From the NCBI GenBank assembly GCA_046563655.1, contig CM102286.1, positions 15,376,001-15,440,000 of the forward strand: a stretch of 64,000 bases of DNA, in the 5' to 3' direction. The position numbers and the translations under genes were made by a program. The DNA comes from Yuukianura sp. NJ FZ-2021. Taxonomy: Eukaryota. Below the pieces are notes generated by a model, which worked only from the letters and a program-made list of their open reading frames with translations, ran no database searches and was not told the origin of the DNA. Positions 37,304 through 49,860 of this stretch are shown here, in pieces; position 1 is the stretch's first letter; each line of letters opens with the position of its first letter.

Positions 37304-37629
37304 CGCAAGGTCAATCTCCAGAAGAAAGGACGATACGTGTGGAAGTCCAATCAAACGTTGGTCCTTGGAGTGTGGATCTGGAGAAAGAAGAGCCCAAACT
37401 ATGAGAATAATCGATGACCAAATGACTGGATTCCAGTCAACTACTTATACTTGACTTTATGCCTAACTTTTTTTCCAACTTTAAACTTTGAACAGTGGAA
37501 CTTTCCTATTCCCTATGTTACAATATACAAATGTGGACTAATTCCAGAGAGACTCCTGAGAGTGGAGCCAAGAGGGGGACTTAAGGGATACAAAATAAAG
37601 ATGGTTAGATGCTTACTGGAGTTGGAGTG

Positions 37630-39182
37630 TTAGATCTTCTTCCAGGAGTAGTACATTTCCAGTGGCTTGTTGAATCTCCAGAACTTCTCACAAACTTGTG
37701 CCAACGTGTGGTTCTGCGGGATGGTCGTGAAGGAGCCGCCTGTTGGTGACACGTAGATCGTGCAAGTGTGGAGATGAGGAGGAGTGTCAAGATGCGAATC
37801 CAGAGCCAGACGCATGCCCAAGTATCTCGCCAAATGCTCCACCTAACCAACAAACGTTATTTTCACTTTTACCCTATTTCAAGTCATTTTCAATTGTTGC
37901 CCGCAAAAAATAGGAAGTGTGCTTTGGATTCGAGTTGAAATGAAGCATGATTGTAAAATGTAGAAATGGATCTTACTGAGGCATTTGCAGTTGTCTTGAT
38001 GTAGCGTGTTTGGTTGTGTGCTGTGGCCAATGCAGCAGCACTCGTTCCACTGATCATGTCTGGATGTGGTTTGAACACGAGTTCAACTTCAGTCACTTCC
38101 TCCGAGTAACCTGCAGTTCCCAAATTCCAATTAAAGTCAAAAGTCAAAGTAGTCAGAACTTACATGAAGTGTTGGATGAATTGTCGACGGCTGATTCCGT
38201 TCTGCTCATTTTGGCTGGACTGGGGACGACGTGGCTGTTGGAGGGTGTGCTTGGTCCGAGTGCAGAAGTGCCTCCCAGTCCTTGCGGAGTGCTTGGGACA
38301 ATGGGCAGTACATTGGGTGGCGGTGTTGTGCTGGATGAGTTTGGTGGGTTGGAGGGAATCGTTCCGTCAGTGTCTCCATTCCCCTTGTGCACTTTCATTT
38401 TCTTGTGATGGCTTGACTGGGCTCGCAGCCCTTCTTCAATGGAGCATGCTAGTGCGAGTTGGTTGTGGGACTTGGACAACCTTGCCATTGCCTTCTGCTG
38501 CTGCAATTCGTACTCATCCCTGCCAAATAATCAACATATTACAAAAATGGAATAAAAGAGAAAGGAAAGTGGGAAAAGTACCTGGAAGGGTAGATTTTGG
38601 AGATGAGTTGGTCAAAGTTGGGGTCATGACGAAGTGACCTCTTGGAGGCGAGTTTCTTCCTGCATGTCGGACACTCCTTGTTTCCGGATCGAAGAGCAGT
38701 GACGATACACTCTGAGCAGAATCTGTGGAGACACTCTTTGGTCGTCATCGTGTTGTGGAGCATGTCGAGACAGATGGGACACATCAATTCCGAGTGAAGG
38801 GCTCTTGGAGAAACTGCAATTTCTGATCCATCCGTCACTGCCTCTTGTGGCGTTCTGTGCAGTTCGTAGTCCTATCATGCCAAAACAATAAGTGAATCAG
38901 AAATCAATGGAGATTAGAATGTCTTACGCTCAGTTCCCATGTTTTGGCTGTGTTGACTGGTGGGGCAGGAGTGGTGGTGGCCAAGCTGCTAACATTCCTT
39001 CAAGTCCACCGGCAGTATTCGTGGGTGTAGTCGTAACTCCTGTCTGTGATGGTGCAGTATTTGCCTAAACACAAATCAAACATCACTTGACAATCAGTCT
39101 CTTTTTCATGGGATATAACTTGAGTAACGATATTCTGATCAGTAGAGGATACAAAACTTACCCCAGCCATTGCCATTTTCAT
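37630..39182 (-). pseudogene. Sce: Sce/RING1 (PRC1 E3 ligase), complete RING + RAWUL but frameshifted in exon 2
   Basis: [17 protein letters not shown]...[25 protein letters not shown]...CPTCRKKL...[14 protein letters not shown], and RAWUL ELVFKPHP..TRYIKTTANAS|VEHLARYL. The exon 1-2 frame (MKMAMAG|ANTAPSQ..GLEG) is out of phase with KTWELS near 38995. Confidence 0.8.
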
Positions 39183-39721
39183 TGGAGTCCACACTCCCTC
39201 ACGTCCCACGCACTTGTGACCTCAACCGATTCTCCAACTCCACACTTAATTGGTTTAATTAATTAGTTAAACGTGAACTTTGCACTATTATACGGAAGAA
39301 AGGAACAAAACAATTGAAATCTTTAATTTTTAAAAGTAAATCAGCTGGCGCATGCGCGCACTCGGAATACCAAAATTGAAAATTTGGAGTAGAGGTGGGC
39401 GCCTCGCACTCCACAGCCAAAAAAAGCAAAGCACCCTTAATTAAACTAATTACTACTTAAATTCTCTTTAATTAAAGCATTTAGAACTCCGGGATTTGTT
39501 ATCTCACATCACCAATAATGTAATCTTTGTGATATAACGTACTCCGGAGTTTTAGCATGCGTAATTACCTTAATTTTTCACTATTGTGCCAAAATCATGA
39601 TCGCAAGTACTTGCGATAGCTACGATTGTTGATTACTCCGAAAGTAATCGATTTAAAATCCTGAAATGTGTTGCCAGAGCTTGTAATCGATTAGTTCTTT
39701 GCCAATGTGACAATGTGAAAA

Positions 39722-40716
39722 AGTTGTTATAAAAGTAATTTGGGAAAAAATAAACCGGTTGTAAACCGCCCATAATGATAATAGCGAAGATTAGGGAAGT
39801 TTTGTAAATCACTGAAGCCCCCCCCCCCCTCCAAAGGTGAGCGGGGGTGTGTTCCCCCAACTTTCCCGCCCCCCCCCCCAGGGGGTGTTGACAAGTGAGA
39901 CGTGACAGCTGAGGCGTGACAGGTGACAGGTGAGACGTGACAGGTGAGACGTGACAGCTGAGGCGTGACAGGTGACAGGTGAGACGTGACAGGTGACACC
40001 CGGCAAGTGACACTTGAGGGTGACAGGTGACACGCGGCACGTGACAGGTGACACCCGGCAATTAACAGGTGACAGGTGACACCCGGCAAGTGACAGGTGA
40101 CACCCGGTATGTGACAGGTGACACCCGGTATGTGACAGGTGACACCCGGCAATTAACAGGTGACAGGTGACACCCGGCAATTAACAGGTGGCAGGTGACA
40201 CCCGGCAATTAACAGGTGACACCCGGTGGACACAGTGCATGAGTGTGTAATGTGTATATGTCAACTGCGTAATAGATTTTTTGCTAAGCAGAGAACCAAG
40301 TCCCATGCCAATTGCCTTTCCAGTCTCACAAGCAGAGTTTTGTTTACCCACACTTGCATTACAAATGACCTTTGAAATCGATTTTGACCCGGAAGCAGGT
40401 GACCTAGGGTCACACATTACACATAAAAGTTGTTGATCTCGATGAGATGAACAACTTTTGTAGAGGTCATTTTCCGGGTTACCGGGGATGAAACCGGTTG
40501 ACCTTGACCTTTGACCCGGAAGGAGTTGACACCCGGGGGTCATATTCAATAGTGACCAAGTCCGGGTCATGACATGGTCACTGGTGAAAACCGGAATCAA
40601 ATCGGACCAGTAGTTTCTGAGATAATTAATCTGGACAGACAGACAGACGGACAGACGGACAGACGGACAGACAGACAGACAAACCACTTTTATCATAATA
40701 GCTTCGCTATTATAAT
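39722..40716. mobile_element. Helentron-associated (HINE/DINE-1-like) non-autonomous element with internal minisatellite
   Basis: Subterminal inverted repeats ataatagcgaag (39778-39789) / cttcgctattat (40702-40713), 3' hairpin ataatagc-ttc-gctattat, (GACA/GACG)n microsatellite 40633-40680, gaccttgacctttgacc motif, GTGACAG minisatellite 39895-40225. Confidence 0.65.
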
Positions 40717-41370
40717 AAACGAGTTAGAACAAAATAGCGCATGAATTTCATTCAAAAACAAAACTTTTCTGTTAATTCAGTATCCCCCTTTTCCCGTTTA
40801 CTCAAGTTGGTTGAAACCTAATTCATGTGAATAAAAACCGCTTGGTTTAAATCGTGGTTTAAACCATGGTTTACATCATTTTTCTTAAACCAATGCCATC
40901 CTGTTTCTGATAATTAATCCGGACAGACAGACAGACAGACAGACATTAATAATATTATAATAGTAGCGTCGCAATTACAGTAAATCTTAGCAGCCCAACG
41001 AACATACAACAGCTCGTCCAAACAGAATGACGCACAGACAGACACCCAAACATCATAACATGAATCTTTCGAAAAAAAAGCTTGGGAGATGAATTCGGTA
41101 ATTTCGTTGCCGACGTTAAATTTTGTTTACGTTTTTTCTTGGCAACGCCAATCGTCATCGCGTTTTGAGTTCTTCGCCATTCTTCGTCAGAGCTGTAGAG
41201 TTTCTGTTTTGAATTTTCTAATTTCCAAATTGGAATGCTAAGATGGAATTTCAAATTTGAGTCCAAAATGTTATTCCCAATTTAACTCCAAAATGGAAGT
41301 ACACATGTGACTTCAAAATGGAACTCGCAATTCGACTCCAGAATAGAAGTTGAAAGTGCTACCTAATAAT

Positions 41371-41893
41371 AGGCAGTTATCTGCAGCCCACGTATCTTGA
41401 AAACGTAAACGTATCACGTATCTTTTCGAAAAAGATACGTGAAGAGCTTGAGATACGTAAACGTATCTACTTACGTCGACGTAAGAATCGAAAAGATACG
41501 TGAGAGATACGGGAGACGTAAACGTATCTTAAATTCCAAATCACACCCGGTTCAAAGTGTGAATCCATTTAGAAGTTTGTTTTGTTTCTGTAACAGGTGC
41601 AATTTGAAAATCACTCTTTTCATCTTTTTTTTTGTAAACAAAACGGACTTGCGCTAGACGTTACGGTTTTTGGTTTTGGGGCTTGCAGAAAACTGGTGAG
41701 AAAGATACGGGAAACGTATCACGTATCTCAAAAAAGATACGTTACGTTACAACGTACGTTTCAAGATACGTGGCACACAGGGAAAAAAGAGCCCAAACTG
41801 AGACAAGCAATCCCATTTAAACACATGTAAAATCTTGTCTCACTTTGAGCTCCTATTTCCCTATGTGCGTGGTCTGCAGATACCTAACTGCCT
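41371..41893. mobile_element. MITE with AGGCAGTTA termini and AAT TSD
   Basis: aat|aggcagtta-tctgcag ... ctgcaga-tacc-taactgcct|aat, with internal inverted acgtatc/gatacgt repeats. Confidence 0.75.
41774..41867. mobile_element. 94-bp Transib-like MITE nested in the AAT-TSD MITE
   Basis: cgtgg|cacacagggaaaaaagagcccaaactgagacaag ... cttgtctcactttgagctcctatttccctatgtg|cgtgg. CAC..GTG ends and a 5-bp GC-rich TSD. Confidence 0.8.
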
Positions 41894-41900
41894 AATATAG

Positions 41901-42120
41901 AACTAGACGGAACCCGTGATGTTTACACATCACGAAATTACCTTTAAGCACTAGGTCATACCTCGGGTCAAACGAAAAAGCTAGCGGATTTTTGAAACAA
42001 TGTTCAAAATCATCCTTGCTTCATGTCAAAAATCCACTAGCTTTTTCGTTTGACCCGAGGTATGACCTAGTGCTTAAAGGTAATTTCGTGATGTGTAAAC
42101 ATCACGGGTTCCGTCTAGTT
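41901..42120. repeat. Fold-back inverted repeat, ~95-bp near-perfect arms, ~30-bp spacer
   Basis: aactagacggaacccgtgatg...gctagcggatttttga mirrors tcaaaaatccactagc...catcacgggttccgtctagtt. Confidence 0.9.
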
Positions 42121-42354
42121 GAATCGTATTGTAAAGGCTGGGGGGCAAGCCCCCCAGACCCCCCCACCTTTTGGTTTCTGTGTTGAGATGGAATTTGTGG
42201 AAGTCTGTGCTTGGAGAAGTAATGTAAAAGGGACACCCCAGGATCGTTCCACTCCTCCAAGCAGAGAGAGTTTTTTGCACATATAGTTTGCATGGTCATG
42301 CTGTTAACATTGGGACATACGGAGTGGTCGTCAATTCGAGTATGATTCCCAGAC

Positions 42355-45300
42355 TCCGTCCAAAATGGAATTCCCAAATTGACTCCAAATTGGAATTCCC
42401 AACTTGACTCCAAAATATAATTCGAAAAGGGACTTTTAAATGGAATTCCCATATTGACTCCAAAATGGAATTCTCAAATTTAACTCCAAAGTGGAATTCC
42501 CAAATTGACTCCAAAATGGGGTTCCCAAATTGAATCCCAAATTGAATTCTCAAATAGACTCCCTAATGGAATTCGAAAAGGGACCCCTAAATGGTTTTCT
42601 CAAATTGAATCCAAAATAAGATTCCCAAATTGACTCCAAAATGGAATTCCCAAATAGACTCCTAAACGGAATTCCCATATTGACTCCAAAATGGAATTCT
42701 CAAATTTAACTCCAAAGTGGAATTCCCAAATTGACTCCAAAATGGAATTCCCATATTGATTCCAATTCGAATTCCCAAATTGACTCCAATTTGTAATTCC
42801 CAAGTTGACTCCAAAATGGAATTCCCAAATTGACTCCAAAATGGAATTCGAAAAGGGACTCCTAAATGGAATTCTCAAATTGAATCCAAAATAGGATTCC
42901 CAAATTGACTCCAAAATGGAATTCCCAAATTGAGTCCAAAATGGAGTTCCAATATTGACTCCAAAATGGGATTCTCAAATTTAACTCTAAAGTGGAATTC
43001 CCAAATTGACACCAAAATGGGATTCCCATATTGACGCGAAAATGGAATTCCCAAATTGACTCCAAAATGGAATTCCCAAATTGATTCCAATTTGGAATTC
43101 CCAAATTGACTCCAATTTGGAATTCCCAAATTGACTCCAATTTGTAATTCCCAAGTTGACTTCAAAATGGAATTCCCGAATTGATTCCAATTTGGAATTC
43201 CCAAATTGATTCCAATTTGGAATTCCCAAATTGACTCCACTTTGTAATTCCCAAGTTGACTCCAAAATGGAATTCCCAAATTGACTCCAAAATGGAATTC
43301 GAAAAGGGACTCCAAAATGGAATTCGAAAAGGGACTCCTAAATGGAATTCTCATATAGAATCCAAAATAGGATTCCCAAATTGACTCCAAAATGGGATTC
43401 CCAAATTGAATCCCAATTGGAATTCTCAAATTGACTCCAAAATGGAATTCCCAAATTGAATCCAAAGTAGGATTTCCAAAATGGAACCCCCACTTCGACT
43501 CCAAAATGGAATTCCCAAATTGACTCCAAAATAGAACCCCCAATTCGACTCCAAAATGGAACCCCCAATTCGACTCCAAAATGGAATTCCCAAATTGACT
43601 CCAAAATGGAAGTCCCAAATTGACTCCAATTTGTAATTCTCAAATTGACTCCAAAATGGAATTCCCAAATTGACTCCAAAATGGAAGTCACAAATTGACT
43701 CCAAAATGGAATTCCCATATTGATTCCAATTCGAATTCCCAAATTGACTCCAATTTGTAATTCCCAAGTTGACTCCAAAATGGAATTCCCAAATTGACTC
43801 CAAAATGGAATTCGAAAAGGGACTCCTAAATGGAATTCTCAAATTGAATCCAAAATAGGATTCCCAAATTGACTCCAAAATGGAATTCCCAAATTGAGTC
43901 CAAAATGGAGTTCCAATATTGACTCCAAAATGGGATTCTCAAATTTAACTCTAAAGTGGAATTCCCAAATTGACTCCAAAATGGAATTCGAAAAGGGACT
44001 CCTAAATGGAATTCTCATATTGAATCCAAAATAGGATTCCCAAATTGACTCCAAAATGGGATTCCCAAATTGAATCCCAATTGGAATTCTCAAATTGACT
44101 CCAAAATGGAATTCCCAAATTGAATCCAAAGTAGGATTTCCAAAATGGAACCCCCACTTCGACTCCAAAATGGAATTCCCAAATTGACTCCAAAATAGAA
44201 CCCCCAATTCGACTCCAAAATGGAACCCCCAATTCGACTCCAAAATGGAATTCCCAAATTGACTCCAAAATGGAAGTCCCAAATTGACTCCAATTTGTAA
44301 TTCTCAAATTGACTCCAAAATGGAATTCCCAAATTGACTCCAAAATGGAAGTCACAAATTGACTCCAAAATGGAATTCCCATATTGATTCCAATTCGAAT
44401 TCCCAAATTGACTCCAATTTGTAATTCCCAAGTTGACTCCAAAATGGAATTCCCAAATTGACTCCAAAATGGAATTCGAAAAGGGACTCCTAAATGGAAT
44501 TCTCAAATTGAATCCAAAATAGGATTCCCAAATTGACTCCAAAATGGAATTCCCAAATTGAGTCCAAAATGGAGTTCCAATATTGACTCCAAAATGGGAT
44601 TCTCAAATTTAACTCTAAAGTGGAATTCCCAAATTGACTCCAAAATGGAATTCGAAAAGGGACTCCTAAATGGAATTCTCATATTGAATCCAAAATAGGA
44701 TTCCCAAATTGACTCCAAAATGGGATTCCCAAATTGAATCCCAATTGGAATTCTCAAATTGACTCCAAAATGGAATTCCCAAATTGAATCCAAAGTAGGA
44801 TTTCCAAAATGGAACCCCCACTTCGACTCCAAAATGGAATTCCCAAATTGACTCCAAAATAGAACCCCCAATTCGACTCCAAAATGGAACCCCCAATTCG
44901 ACTCCAAAATGGAATTCCCAAATTGACTCCAAAATGGAAGTCCCAAATTGACTCCAATTTGTAATTCTCAAATTGACTCCAAAATGGAATTCCCAAATTG
45001 ACTCCAAAATGGAAGTCACAAATTGACTCCAAAATGGAATTCCCATATTGATTCCAATTCGAATTCCCAAATTGACTCCAATTTGTAATTCCCAAGTTGA
45101 CTCCAAAATGGAATTCCCAAATTGACTCCAAAATGGAATTCGAAAAGGGACTCCTAAATGGAATTCTCAAATTGAATCCAAAATAGGATTCCCAAATTGA
45201 CTCCAAAATGGAATTCCCAAATTGAGTCCAAAATGGAGTTCCAATATTGACTCCAAAATGGGATTCTCAAATTTAACTCTAAAGTGGAATTCCCAAATTG

Positions 45301-46320
45301 ACTCCAAAATGGAATTCGAAAAGGGACTCCAAAATGGAATTCGAAAAGGGACTCCTAAATGGAATTCTCATATTGAATCCAAAATAGGATTCCCAAATTG
45401 ACTCCAAAATGGGATTCCCAAATTGAATCCCAATTGGAATTCTCAAATTGACTCCAAAATGGAATTCCCAAATTGAATCCAAAGTAGGATTTCCAAAATG
45501 GAACCCCACTTCGACTCCAAAATGGAATTCCCAAATTGACTCCAAAATAGAACCCCCAATTCGACTCCAAAATGGAACCCCCAATTCGACTCCAAAATGG
45601 AATTCCCAAATTGACTCCAAAATGGAAGTCCCAAATTGACTCCAATTTGTAATTCTCAAATTGACTCCAAAATGGAATTCCCAAATTGACTCCAAAATGG
45701 AAGTCACAAATTGACTCCAAAATGGAATTCGAGACTCCTAAATGGAATTGTCAAATTGAATCCAAAATAGGATTCCAAAATTGACTCGAAAATGGAATTC
45801 CCAAATTGACTCCAAAATGGAGTGTCCATATTGACTCCAAAATGGGATTCTCAAATTTAACTCTAAAGTGGAATTCCCAAATTGACTCCAAAATGGGATT
45901 CCCATATTGACGCCAAAATGGAATTCCCAAATTGACTCCAAAATGGAATTCCCATATTGATTCCACTTCGAATTCCCAAATTGACTCCAATTTGTAATTC
46001 CCAAGTTGACTCCAAAATGGAATTCCCAAATTGACTCCAAAATGGAATTCGAAAAGGGACTCCTAAATGGAATTCTCAAATTGAATCCAAAATAGGATTC
46101 CCAAATTGACTCTAAAGTGGAATTCCCAAATTGACTCCAAAATGGAAGTCTCAAATTGACTCCAAAATGGAAGTCCCAATTTAACTCCAAAATGGAAGTC
46201 CCAGTTCGACTCCAATAAGCTATTCCCAATGTGATTCCATAATGGAAGTCCAGAGTGCTATCTAATATGGAATTTCCAATTCGACTCTAAATTGGAATCC
46301 CTAATCTAACCCTTTGACTC
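42355..46320. repeat. 25-bp satellite (ttgactccaaaatggaattcccaaa), array 1 with 664-bp higher-order repeat
   Basis: Monomer visible throughout. Identical ORF artefacts offset by 664 bp (43338/44002/44666). Confidence 0.97.
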
Positions 46321-46912
46321 CACAAGGGAATCTTCCTAGTTAGGTTAGGTTAGACTAAGTTCACGAAGTTAGGCTAACCTAATCTAACCGCTGAGTCTAA
46401 GGGCAAAAATCAATTCTACGTTACTCCGAGCGCTTATAGTCCGACCATGAAACATGTTCAATGCCTTAGAATAGCTCAAGTCTAACAGCTTCTCGATCTC
46501 TTTCACACAAAAAAAAACTCAGAAAAAGACATGTTCCAATGGATTCAAGGCTGAATTGTAGGATATCATCGGAGAAACCAGCAAACGACACAAAAGGCGG
46601 AAATATTTTATGAGAAGAAAGAAATTAAGGAAGAGCACTATCTGCAACCGGCGGCGATGAAATACGTTTACCCTGTGCGAAACAGCCCAGCAACTCGAGC
46701 TGCCAAAAACACAATTCAAAAGCGGTAACGCATTGCCAAACAACCGCGTTGCCTATCGCCAAACACATTCTTTGACCTTTTCCCTGTACCCTTTAAGTTG
46801 ATTCCACCATGTCTTGAAATACTGTACACTCTAAGTTTCCTTGTCCACCATCACTTTGGATTTCGCTTCATTTAGAAACACGGCATCAAGCTTATATCAA
46901 CGGGACAATACC

Positions 46913-47707
46913 ATGTCAACTTCTCCTACCCAAGATCCCGTGACTGCTACCTACGTCTCCGAACAACCAGAAGGCTCCAGAAGAGAGGGTACGCCAATAG
47001 TTCTTGCTTCTTGCCCTGACACCACATTGAGTGCTGAAGGTGCTGCAAATCTTGACCATTTCAAACATTCGACGCGTCAACCACTGAAAACAACGACCAA
47101 AGGAGATGTTAATGTTCCTCTAACCTTTCTGGACGAACAGAAGATTCAGGCTCCAATTCAATACGATGCAAGTACCAACTACAAATACATGAAAGCTGGA
47201 ATTCCACCGGAACCACTTGACACAAATGAAAAAATTCATTCTCTTCATTCTTCAAATTCGGCTTCATTTTCATACAACTTGGTTCAAGATGGGCAAGTAA
47301 CCCTTACTGACTCAGAACACACTGACGATAGCATCGAAGGAGAAGACTTAGTGGAAGGCATAGGGCACTTTGTACCAGGTAAACAAACTACAACATACAA
47401 ACTATTATTGTTTTACCGATTTATTTGTATCGCAGATATCGAAGACAAAGATGAAGATTCGTCGATTGAGGAGTTGGACGACTCGGACGTAGCCTTCATC
47501 AACGACGAAACGACTTCTTCCACTACTTCCTCGTCGGAAGATGACGAAACTGTGCAGCATTACAATCAAAATCTACAAAGAAAACGAGTGAACACATCTA
47601 GATCACACTCAGCAACTACTCAGAAAAAATGTCGTCTCATAATTATTTCTGAAGACGAGTCTGAGACTGAAAGTCGAAACGGTAGTAGTTCATCCACTGA
47701 TAATTAG
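46913..47707 (+). CDS. Hypothetical acidic, Ser/Thr-rich protein
   Basis: Open frame from ATG 46913, probable in-frame intron ~47379-47435, DSDVAFINDE motif and acidic tail. No family recognised. Confidence 0.5.
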   Translation: MSTSPTQDPVTATYVSEQPEGSRREGTPIVLASCPDTTLSAEGAANLDHFKHSTRQPLKTTTKGDVNVPLTFLDEQKIQAPIQYDASTNYKYMKAGIPPEPLDTNEKIHSLHSSNSASFSYNLVQDGQVTLTDSEHTDDSIEGEDLVEGIGHFVPGKQTTTYKLLLFYRFICIADIEDKDEDSSIEELDDSDVAFINDETTSSTTSSSEDDETVQHYNQNLQRKRVNTSRSHSATTQKKCRLIIISEDESETESRNGSSSSTDN

Positions 47708-48380
47708 TGAATGATGCCTTTGAAGTGCAAGGTCAACTACGAAAAGCCTCCAGTGCAAATCTCATTCAAAAACAAGGTCATTCAGTCTAGCGAAACTTCT
47801 TCGTTGCAGGTTAGTTTATGCTGCGGTTTGGTAATTTATTGTTTCTGGTTGTAACTGGTCGTAAGTTTTTCCAAAGTTAGTAGAACCTGACATTCGTTTC
47901 CAATATACAACGCAGATGGCTTGTACCATACTTTTCTGCTTACTCTTACAAACAACTTTTCACGGTAGTTTACTTTCTCCTTTTTGTTACATTGGTTTAC
48001 AGATGCGATTTTAATAGTAACAACAGTAACACGAGTATTTCTCTGGTAATTATCGCTACTGTCAATATCCAAATTAATGAATTCAAATAAATTGTAAGTA
48101 AGATGATAAATTTGTACTATCCAGCATTGACAAAACAAACTACTCTCTAAATATAAGAGGTCAACAATTCTTCAGAGTCCGACGCCATACTACAACTAAA
48201 ACGCGGTAAGTTTAACGCCAACCTAATTTAACTTTTCAACAATTTTTTAGCAATACTTACTTTTAGGTTAGGTTAGGTTAACCTAAACTGTACCGAGTAT
48301 GTTTTGTGAACGTTTAATAATTTTACAGGTTAAATTACATCCGGCCAGGGGTCAACTTTAGCTCGTCACGCTCAATCACC

Positions 48381-49860
48381 ATGTCGAAAATAAATAAAGG
48401 CCATGATAAAACCGATGCAATTTCTCACCTACCAAACGAGGTAAATAAAACTCACATAACAAATCTGTGTTTATCACCTCCAATTCTTTTGTTTTCACAA
48501 AACAGATCTTTGAAGCCATCCTTGCCCACTTAACTACAAAAGAGTTACTTGGCGCAAGGCTCGTGTGTTGCAGATTTCAAGAACAAGCTACCGCATACTG
48601 CCGAAAACGTCAAGTAATGCTAAAGAAACATTGGTACAAGAGTGATGAAGGATTGTCCATCTTTAAGACGTTTGATCCGACGCAACGAGCATTACCATGG
48701 TCGAGCGTTACACTCTTCGGGGAAATGTACGAACACTCCAGATGTTTAATATTGCCTTTTCTGCGACAATTTGGTTCATTCTTATGGCGCGTCCATTTCG
48801 GAGACAGAGTACCAGAGTTTCCAGCTTTTATTGAACTTGTACGCACTCATGTCCCAATGCTAGACACAAAAGCATTGGCATTGGAGATTCGTAGCGGCTT
48901 AGGTGCTGAGAACCTGGGCAGGATTTTAATGGGATATTCGTCAAGTCTTTTGAGCCTGGAGTTGACTCTCGATTCTGCTGGAGATAGTTACAGGAAATCA
49001 GTGAAGTTTCCTCTGATTGAGAATCTCTTGTCCATAAAAATTAATCTAAACGGTTTTGTGCAGTTACAAAATTACGAGGAAGTGTTGGATGGAACGGAAG
49101 TGTCATTATTATCAAAATTTTGTGGAAAAAATTTCCCAAAACTCAGGAATATGTCTCTTGCTGTCCATGTGATGCATCCAACGCTTGGAGTAAATTTATT
49201 TGGGGAAACAACTTTTCCGCACGTGACAACATTATCGCTTACCGGAACCTTTGTTACGCGCGTTGATGTCTCGCATATTTTTCCCAACGCGAAATATGTG
49301 ACGTTACTTGTCGATGACGAATATATGCGAGCAAGTTGGATTTTCAAGAAAACTACAACTTTACGTTTACTGGTGCGACGCAACAATGGCTTCGAAATTT
49401 ATGATTCCACTGCTAGCGAGCTACACCATGCGCTCTTCTCTTCTGATTATTTTGAAAGACTTCCAGGTATTATGCTTATTGTTATTATTATTATACTAAG
49501 CTATCAAATTTTAGGTTACTAAATTAGCTAATAATTGTCGGCTGAATTATTACAGACTTAAACAATTTGGACATTCTCATTTTCCGTGAAAATCAATCTC
49601 ATTACGGACTTCCTGTTCGAATTCAAGACAATTATACCGTTGTTACGAAGTTTCTGTCGATGAAAAGACTAGAACGACTTGCTTTCGGGGGTGTTCAAGT
49701 GAGTTTGCACTCGCTCATTTGTCAAAAAATTTTAGTCTTGACTTTTTTTTTGTGTATTTAGATGGATGCAAGTGCAATTACGAGATTAAGTCGAGTGCAT
49801 AAACAAGTTATCATCTTTAGCGCCGAGACGTATAGAGGAGCGCTTAGGTCATGCCGTTGA
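48381..49860 (+). CDS. F-box domain protein, paralog of 4958-6421
   Basis: Exons 48381-48440, 48506-49466, 49556-49698, 49762-49860. SHLPNE|IFEAILAHLTTKELLGARLVCCRFQE. Collinear similarity along the full length. Confidence 0.85.

Noticed and set aside
39633..40696. Cys/His-rich ORFs (VTCH repeats) resembling zinc-binding proteins
   Set aside because: Translation of the GTGACAG minisatellite and GACA microsatellite within a non-coding element.
46338..46385. TTAGG runs as a true telomere or telomeric-retroelement target
   Set aside because: Only 2-3 units, and similar short runs are scattered throughout introns and intergenic DNA in the window.
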